This document shows, piece by piece, positions 50,766 to 59,321 of a stretch of DNA of 59,321 bases. The notes below the pieces were generated by a model. That model did no database searches and was not told the DNA's origin. It saw only the letters and a list, made by a program, of their open reading frames with translations. The position numbers and the translations under genes are program-made. The stretch lies in contig JANRJK010000006.1 of the NCBI GenBank assembly GCA_033764015.1, positions 1 through 59,321 of the forward strand. Direction: 5' to 3'. The first letter of the stretch is position 1. The number at the start of each line of letters is the position of its first letter. This DNA comes from Candidatus Sumerlaeia bacterium. Lineage in GTDB: Bacteria; Sumerlaeota; Sumerlaeia; SLMS01; JANRJK01.

Positions 50766-53600
50766 ATGTCCGACCTGTCCCCAACCGCGCCCGCCGACCT
50801 GCCGGAGGACAGCCGCGCCTCCTACACCGGACCGGCCCCTCCCTCGCGTCCTCCCGCCACGGCGGCCTCCCATCCGGAAGAGACGATCGCGCTGCGCTCC
50901 TGGGTGGTCGGAAGCCTCGACGCCGGCGCCGGGCGCGAGCCGGCCGCGCAGGGGGGCGAGTACCTGCTGGTGAAGCGCATCGGCCTCGGCGGCATGGGCG
51001 AGGTGTGGGAGGGGCGCCAGCTCTCGCTCGCGCGCGATGTCGCCATCAAACGGATCCGCCCCGAGCGCCTGGAGCGCGGTCCCGCGCACGGGCTCGCCTG
51101 GGAGTTCCAGCAGGAGGCGCTGATCGCCGCGCGCCTCGAGCACCCGAACATCGTCCCGGTCCACGACCTGGGGGCGGACGGGGATGGCAACCCGCTGCTG
51201 GCGATGAAGCTGGTGCGCGGGCGGCGCTGGACCGATCTGCTGGCGGAAGGGTTCGACGCGCTCCCGGTCGAGGAGTTCCTCGCCCGGCACGTGGCGATCC
51301 TGGCGCAGGTGGCGAACGCGGTGGCGTTCGCCCACTCCCGCGGCGTGGTGCACCGCGACCTCAAGCCGGGGCAGGTGCTCGTCGGCGAATTCGGCGAGGT
51401 GCTCCTGACGGACTGGGGCTTGGCGGTGCTCTTCGGCGTCGATCAAGCGGAGCGCGCGGCGAACTCCCACCTCGACCTGCTGCCGACCATCGACACGGCC
51501 ACCGGTCCCTGCGGCACCGCGGCGTTCATGGCGCCGGAGCAGACGCGCTCCGACGCGACGCGCGTAGGCCCCTGGACCGACGTCTACCTCCTCGGGGGGA
51601 CGCTGTACCACCTGCTCACCGGCGGCGTTCCGCACGAGGGGCGCGACGCGCGCGAGACGTTCCTGCGCGCGGCGCTCGGCGAAGTGGCTCCGCCGTCGAC
51701 GCTCGGGCTGCAGCGCACCGTCCCGCGCGAGCTGGAGGATCTGGCGATGTGGGCGATGTCGCCGGAGGTCAACAACCGCGTGCCGTCCGCCGCGATCTTC
51801 GCGGCGAAGCTGCAGGCCTATCTGGGGGGCTCGTCCCGCCGCGCGGAGGCGGCCCGCCTGCTCGACGAGCTCGAAGCGGACGAGCGGGAGCTGCCGCACA
51901 GCTACGACGCGCTGTCGAAGCGCCTGACCGGCGTTTCGCGCGCGGTCGAGCTGTGGCCCGGGAGCGACCGCGCGCACGGGCTCCGCGAGCGCACGTTCGC
52001 GCAGTTCGCCCGCGAGGCGCTCCGGCAGGGAGATTTGCGGCTCGCGCGCTTGCAGGCGGAGCAGCTAGAGGGCGCGCGGGAGCGGACGGAGCTGCTCGGC
52101 CGGATCGACGCCGAGGAGGCGGCGCGGCGCGGGCAGGAGCGCCAGCGCCGGGCGCTTGCGGCCGTCTCGGCGGCGCTGGCGGTGCTGGTGGTGGCGGGCC
52201 TCGCGATCTTCACCTCGGTGGTGTCGCGGAAGAACTCCGCGCTGGCGGCGGAGAAGGAGGCCGCGCTGACGGCGCGCGCCGATGCGGAGCGCAGCGCGGC
52301 GGAGGCGACCGCCCAGCGGTCCGTCGCGGAGGAGCGCGCGCGCCTGAGCCGCGATCTCGCGGGCGTCCTGCTGCAAGGGCTCCCGGAGGCGCTCGACCTG
52401 CGCTCGCCCCGCGACCTCGCGATCCGCGACCGCGTGGCGGACCAGGTGGCGGCGTTCTACGCCGCGATGGATTTCTCCGGAGACTCGGACGAAGCGGCGG
52501 CGGACGCGGTGCGGGACCTGCTCCGCGACGGGCAGATCCTTGCCGAGCTGGCCCGCTTCGAGGATGCCGAGGCGCTGACGAGCCGCGCACTCGAGCTGAT
52601 CGACGCACGCCCATCCATCCCGGAGGAGGCCCGCCTCTCGGCGATGTATTCCCTCGGGGAGTTCGCGCGCGAGCGGGGCGACCTCGCCACCGCCATCGAG
52701 GTGCTGCGCAAAGTGGTGCGCGACGCGGCGGAGCTCGAGGCGGAGGACGCCCGGCGCCTATCCATCTATGCCGCGCAGGACCTCAAGCTTGCCCTCATCG
52801 CCGCGGGGCGCGGGGACGAGGCGGCGGAACTGGGCAAGTCGCTGTTCGATTCCGCCCGCGCGAGCGCGGCGGAGGAGCCGGAGTGGTGGGCTGTCGCCCT
52901 GAACGACCGTGCGAACGAGTTGCTCGAGGAAGGCGATGTGGACGGCGCCCTCGAAGCGCTCGCGGAGGCCACGGCGGTGCTCCGGGCGCTGCCGGCGGAA
53001 GACCGCCGCGGGCACTTGGCCAACACGCTCAACAGCTACGGCGCCGCGCTCCGCGAGGCGGGTGCTCCGACGGAGGCCGAAGCGCTTCTGCGGGAGTCGC
53101 TCGCGCTGGCGGAGGAGGAGTCCGGCTCGGGGCATCCGGACTGCGCGGTGCCGCTGAACAACCTCGGGCTCGCACTGCTCGACGCGGGGCGGGCGGAGGA
53201 GGCGGTGCCGCTTTTCCGGCGGGCGCTCACTATCGAGGAGGAGGCGTACGGCGAACTCCACCCCAACGTCCCGAACCGGCTGAACAACCTGGGGAGCGCG
53301 CTGGAGGTACTGGGCCGGCTCGCGGAGGCCGAGGCCCAGTACCGCCGGGGCATCGCGATCGAGGATGCCCGCGGCGGGGGCCCCTCCGTCATGGGCTTCA
53401 CCCTCCGCAACAACATCGGTCTGCTGCTCTACAAGCTGGGACGGCTCGACGAGGGCGACGCCGCGCTTTCGGAGTGCCTGGCGATGTACGGGGCGCTCGG
53501 CGCCGACAACCGGGAGCGGATGGAATTGCGGGCCGTGCACGCGGAGCACCGCGCCGCGGCGGCGCGGGCGCTGGAAGCCGCCGGCGGCGCGGAACGGTAA
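50766..53600 (+). CDS. Hanks-type Ser/Thr protein kinase with TM helix and C-terminal TPR repeats
   Basis: GLGGMGEV, VAIK, HPNIVPVHD, HRDLKPGQV, DWG, GTAAFMAPEQ, DVYLLG; TM LAVLVVAGLAIF; TPRs of the HP...LNNLG type. Confidence 0.92.
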   Translation: MSDLSPTAPADLPEDSRASYTGPAPPSRPPATAASHPEETIALRSWVVGSLDAGAGREPAAQGGEYLLVKRIGLGGMGEVWEGRQLSLARDVAIKRIRPERLERGPAHGLAWEFQQEALIAARLEHPNIVPVHDLGADGDGNPLLAMKLVRGRRWTDLLAEGFDALPVEEFLARHVAILAQVANAVAFAHSRGVVHRDLKPGQVLVGEFGEVLLTDWGLAVLFGVDQAERAANSHLDLLPTIDTATGPCGTAAFMAPEQTRSDATRVGPWTDVYLLGGTLYHLLTGGVPHEGRDARETFLRAALGEVAPPSTLGLQRTVPRELEDLAMWAMSPEVNNRVPSAAIFAAKLQAYLGGSSRRAEAARLLDELEADERELPHSYDALSKRLTGVSRAVELWPGSDRAHGLRERTFAQFAREALRQGDLRLARLQAEQLEGARERTELLGRIDAEEAARRGQERQRRALAAVSAALAVLVVAGLAIFTSVVSRKNSALAAEKEAALTARADAERSAAEATAQRSVAEERARLSRDLAGVLLQGLPEALDLRSPRDLAIRDRVADQVAAFYAAMDFSGDSDEAAADAVRDLLRDGQILAELARFEDAEALTSRALELIDARPSIPEEARLSAMYSLGEFARERGDLATAIEVLRKVVRDAAELEAEDARRLSIYAAQDLKLALIAAGRGDEAAELGKSLFDSARASAAEEPEWWAVALNDRANELLEEGDVDGALEALAEATAVLRALPAEDRRGHLANTLNSYGAALREAGAPTEAEALLRESLALAEEESGSGHPDCAVPLNNLGLALLDAGRAEEAVPLFRRALTIEEEAYGELHPNVPNRLNNLGSALEVLGRLAEAEAQYRRGIAIEDARGGGPSVMGFTLRNNIGLLLYKLGRLDEGDAALSECLAMYGALGADNRERMELRAVHAEHRAAAARALEAAGGAER

Positions 53601-53640
53601 CCGGGTTGACAGACTTCACCGCCGCGAGGCTCCCTTGCGT

Positions 53641-54762
53641 ATGGCAGACGCGCAGACATTGACCACCGCCCGCTCGCCCCTCGAGCACCCGCCGCAGCTT
53701 TGCGAGGACGAGCTCCTGGGCCTCATCGCCGAGTACGCGCGGCGCCCCTACACCACCGTATCGGTGAACCAGCTCTTCGCGTTCCAGTGGGACAAGCGCC
53801 CGGTGGACGCGAAGCTGCTGTCCGTGGCCGAGTTCCTCCGGGGCGAGCTCCCGGTGCGGCTCGCGCACATGGCGGAGATGCTGGCGCACATGCCGGGGGG
53901 GCTCGCGCAGACCGCCGCCGCGCAACTGGTGCGCGGGCTCTACCTGCGGTCCTTCGCCGACGTGTACACCTTCCCGAAGCTGCGCGGGGAGGAGGACTGC
54001 CTGAAGTTCATCGAACTGGTCGAGCGCATCAAGATGCGCCATTCGCGCGTGGTCGAGACCATGGCGAAGGGCATCCTCGACCTGAAGGAGAAGGTCGGGG
54101 ACTCGATCCACGACCTGAACATCGCTCCGGCGTTGGACGCGTACTACACGACGCGCATCGGCACCCGCGTGCTGATCGGCCACCACGCGGCGCTGCGGCG
54201 CCACCGCCCGGGATGGGTCGGCATCATCTGCGGCCAGACCAGCCCAGCCACTTCGGCCCGCGAGGCGTACCACCTCGCCACCGAGGTGTGCCGCCGCTAC
54301 TACTCCGTGGCGCCGAAGCTCACGCTCCTCGGCCACACGGAACTGACGTTCAAGTACATCCCCTCGCACCTCCGGCACATCTTTTTCGAGCTGTTCAAGA
54401 ACTCCATGCGCGCCACGATCGAAACGCACGGCGCGAAGGGAACGCTGCCCGACATCAAGGTGGTGATCGCGGACGGCTCCGAGGACGTGGCGATCAAGAT
54501 CTCCGACGAGGGCGGCGGCATCGCGCGCACGGGCCTTTCGAAAATCTGGTCCTACACCTACACAACCGCGATGCGCCCGCCCGAGTCACCCTACCAGGAC
54601 GACTTCGGCGCGATGGCGGGCTACGGCCACGGCCTGCCGCTGAGCCGCCTCTACGTCCGCTACTTCGGCGGCGAGCTGCAGATCCTCTCGATGCACGGCT
54701 ACGGCACGGACGCGTACATGCACCTGAACAAGCTCGGCACGAACCGCGAAATGCTGGTCTGA
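53641..54762 (+). CDS. Mitochondrial-type pyruvate/branched-chain ketoacid dehydrogenase kinase homolog (PDK/BCKDK family)
   Basis: FLRGELPVRLAH, TRIGTRVLIGHH, YIPSHLRHIFFELFKNSMRA (N box), IKISDEGGGI (G1), SYTYTTA, MAGYGHGLPLSRLYVRYFGG (G2), SMHGYGTDAY (G3). Confidence 0.92.
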   Translation: MADAQTLTTARSPLEHPPQLCEDELLGLIAEYARRPYTTVSVNQLFAFQWDKRPVDAKLLSVAEFLRGELPVRLAHMAEMLAHMPGGLAQTAAAQLVRGLYLRSFADVYTFPKLRGEEDCLKFIELVERIKMRHSRVVETMAKGILDLKEKVGDSIHDLNIAPALDAYYTTRIGTRVLIGHHAALRRHRPGWVGIICGQTSPATSAREAYHLATEVCRRYYSVAPKLTLLGHTELTFKYIPSHLRHIFFELFKNSMRATIETHGAKGTLPDIKVVIADGSEDVAIKISDEGGGIARTGLSKIWSYTYTTAMRPPESPYQDDFGAMAGYGHGLPLSRLYVRYFGGELQILSMHGYGTDAYMHLNKLGTNREMLV

Positions 54763-54823
54763 CACGGCCCCGCCCGCGAGGGCCCACCGCGACCCCACTA
54801 CCCACCACGGAAGGACCGCTACC

Positions 54824-56642
54824 ATGTGCGGCATTGTTGGATGCGTTGGAATCGACGACACCCGGACGTTCCTGCTCACGGGGCTCAAGCTGCTCGAATA
54901 CCGCGGATACGACTCCGCCGGCATCGCGATGGTCATCAACGACCACACGCTGGCGCACGCGAAGTCCGTCGGCTATGTGGCGGCGCTCGAGCGCGAGTCC
55001 TACTCGCTCCCCCACTCCGGCACCGTCGGTATCGCGCACACGCGCTGGGCAACCCACGGCGGGGTCAACGTCAGCAACGCGCACCCGCACTTCGACACGA
55101 ACCGCGCGATCGCCGTGGTCCACAACGGCATCGTCGAGAACCACACGGCGCTGCGCACGCTGCTCGAGCGCGACGGCGTCGTGTTCCGCTCCGAAACGGA
55201 CACCGAGGTGATCGCGCACCTGATCGCGAAGTTCTACCACGGCGACCTCTGCGAGGCGGTGCGCCTCGCCGTGCGGGAGATCCGCGGCACCTTCGGCATC
55301 GCCGTGGTCAGCACGCACGAGCCCGGCGTGCTGATCGCCGCGCGCATGGGCAGCCCGCTCGTGCTGGGCATCGGCGACGACTTCCACGTCATCGCCTCGG
55401 ACGTGCCCGCGATCCTGGCGCGCACGCAGCAGGTGGTGTACCTCAACGACGGCGAAGTGGTCCGCGCCACCAAGGACGATTACCAGGTCCTCTCCCTCGA
55501 CAAGACGCCGCTCACCCCCGAGGTGCAGTCGGTGGACCAGCAGCTCGATTCGATCGAGCGCGGCAGCTTCCCGCACTACATGCTGAAGGAGATCTACGAC
55601 CAGCCGCGGTCGCTGGAGAACACGATGCGTGGACGGCTCAAGCCCGAGTCCGGCGACGTGATCCTCGGGGGGCCGCGCATGGACATCGACGACATCCTGG
55701 CGATCGAGCGCGTGATCTTCGTCGCCTGCGGCACGTCGCTGCACGCTTCGATGATCGCCAAGTACCTCTTCGAGGAGTTCCTCCGCATCCCGTCGGAGGC
55801 GGAGCACGCGAGCGAGTTCCGCTACCGCAACCCGATCATCCGTCGCGGACGCGACCTGGCGGTCTTCACAAGCCAGTCGGGCGAAACGGCGGACACGCTG
55901 GCGGCGATGCGCGAAGTGAAGCGCAAGGGCGGCCGCACGCTCGGCATCTGCAACGTGGTGAACTCCAGCATCGCCCGCGAGGTCGAGAGCGGGATCTACA
56001 CCCACGCGGGCATCGAAATCGGCGTCGCCAGCACGAAGGCCTTCACCGCGCAGGTGACCGCGATGGCGCTGCTGATGCTCTGGATGGGCCGCGTGCGCGA
56101 CCTATCGAGCTTCGTCTTCACGCAGATCATCGAGGAGCTGTGCCACATCCCGCAGAAGATCGACGACATCCTGATCGACACGACGGACGTGAAGGCGCTG
56201 GCGGAGGAACTGGTGCCGGCGAAGAACATGCTGTACCTCGGGCGCGGCTACAACTTCCCGGTGGCGCTCGAAGGCGCGCTGAAGATGAAGGAGATCAGCT
56301 ACATCCACGCGGAGGGCTATCCCGCCGCGGAGATGAAGCACGGCCCCATCGCCCTCATCGACGAGAACATGCCGGTGGTCGTGATCGCCCCGAAGGACCG
56401 CACCTACGCGAAGGTGATGTCGAACATCCAGGAGATCAAGGCGCGCAAGGGCTTCGTCATCGCCGTCACGACGGAGGGGAACACGGAGCTGGCGAATGTG
56501 GTCGACCGCGTGCTCTACGTCCCGTCGGTGATGGACCCGCTGCAGCCGCTGCTGACGGTGGTGCCGCTGCAGCTTCTGGCGTACTACGTGGCGCTCGGGC
56601 GCGGGCTCAGCGTGGACAAGCCGCGCAACCTCGCCAAGGCCG

Positions 56643-56656
<14 letters not shown>
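54824..56656 (+). CDS. glmS: Glutamine-fructose-6-phosphate transaminase (isomerizing)
   Basis: MCGIVG, LEYRGYDSAG, HTRWATHG, SQSGETADT, VASTKAFT, EGALKMKEISY, KHGPIAL, PRNLAKAVTVE. Confidence 0.98.
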
Positions 56657-58685
<2,029 letters not shown>

Positions 58686-58743
58686 CGGAGGGGCAATGCG
58701 ACGCCGGTGGGCGCGTCGGCGCAAGCCGCTGTTTCGCGCCGCG

Positions 58744-59280
58744 TCAGCGAAGCGCCCAGAGCAGGCCCGTGATGGTGAACCCGTCGAAGACCTCGCCCTC
58801 TGCGATGGCGGCGTGCACCTCCGCGCGGTCGAAGGCGCGCAGGCCGTGGATCTCGTCGGTGTCGAGCGGAGCGTCCGGATCCTCCGCGATGCCCGTGGCG
58901 CGGTAGAGGACGAAGCGCTCGTTTCCGAGGCCCGGCGCGGGGTGGTACTCGCCGAGGCGTTCGAGCCTTGCGGCGCGGTGGCGCGTCTCCTCCGCCAGTT
59001 CGCGGAGCGCGGCCGCCTCGAGATCCTCGCCCGGGTCGGCGCCGCCGGCGGCGATCTCCCAACCCCAGCGGTCGACCGTATAGCGGTAGTGCAGCCCCAG
59101 CAGCACGCGCCCGTCCGGGAGCACCGGCACCACGCCGACGCCGACGCGCTGGTAGTCCACGACCCAGTGGTTGAGCAGTGCGCCGGAGGGCACGGCGACC
59201 TCGTCGCAGTGCACCTTGATCCAGCGGTTTTCGAGGTGGGTGCGGCGGGAGAGCCGGCGCCAGGGCGGCGGCGCGCTCAA
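58744..59280 (-). CDS. NUDIX hydrolase (ADP-ribose pyrophosphatase-like)
   Basis: WEIAAGGADPGEDLEAAALRELAEET Nudix box; HYRY. Confidence 0.9.
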   Translation of the reverse strand: MSAPPPWRRLSRRTHLENRWIKVHCDEVAVPSGALLNHWVVDYQRVGVGVVPVLPDGRVLLGLHYRYTVDRWGWEIAAGGADPGEDLEAAALRELAEETRHRAARLERLGEYHPAPGLGNERFVLYRATGIAEDPDAPLDTDEIHGLRAFDRAEVHAAIAEGEVFDGFTITGLLWALR

Positions 59281-59321
59281 CGGCGGCGCCCGGCGTCCGC
59301 GGCGCGGAGCGCCTCGGCCAT
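59277..59321 (-). CDS. 3' end of an upstream gene (partial)
   Basis: Open frame MAEALRAADAGRRR-stop whose TGA overlaps the NUDIX TTG start (TTGA). Confidence 0.5.
   Translation of the reverse strand: MAEALRAADAGRRR

Noticed and set aside
53606..53640. TTGACA upstream of the PDK-like gene as a full sigma70 promoter
   Set aside because: No convincing -10 element at 16-18 nt spacing, so it is not listed as a feature.
53641..54762. Calling the GHKL protein an ordinary sensor histidine kinase, or eukaryotic contamination
   Set aside because: No H-box, sensor or TM region; PDK-specific motifs run throughout; codon style matches the neighbours and spacing to bacterial genes is tight.
54763..54823. 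glmS ribozyme upstream of glmS
   Set aside because: Only 61 nt of intergenic sequence and no recognisable ribozyme core.

Overview
High-GC bacterial chromosome segment, mostly core genes: gyrB, ppk1, purD, two tandem clpP, glyA, tRNA-Gly, rpoB-rpoC, glmS, an MsbA-like exporter and a probable 6S RNA. The lineage cannot be proven from the sequence; the dockerin-bearing secreted protein, FGE-domain protein and TPR Ser/Thr kinase suggest a Sumerlaeota/BRC1-like or other PVC-neighbouring diderm, but this is an inference. Two loci stand out. (1) 53641-54762 is a complete, intron-free, host-codon-adapted mitochondrial-type pyruvate/branched-chain ketoacid dehydrogenase kinase (PDK/BCKDK), a family normally treated as eukaryotic. 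It sits between a Ser/Thr kinase and glmS. (2) 19704-26298 is a seven-gene MglA small-GTPase polarity-type operon with four Roadblock/LC7-type proteins (TPR-fused, membrane-fused, stand-alone, canonical MglB), an MglA with a long C-terminal extension, a PATAN-MshEN protein and a membrane-anchored RomR-like receiver. A GAP1-like coiled-coil membrane protein converges on this operon. Other oddities: a 1651-aa secreted papain plus metallopeptidase plus dockerin protein, an ATPase-less PilB/GspE fragment fused to HEAT repeats, a pseudo-receiver OmpR regulator, a Cys-less DJ-1/PfpI protein, and the end of an IS1182-like element at the window start. All family calls come from motif recognition by eye; no database searches were run.
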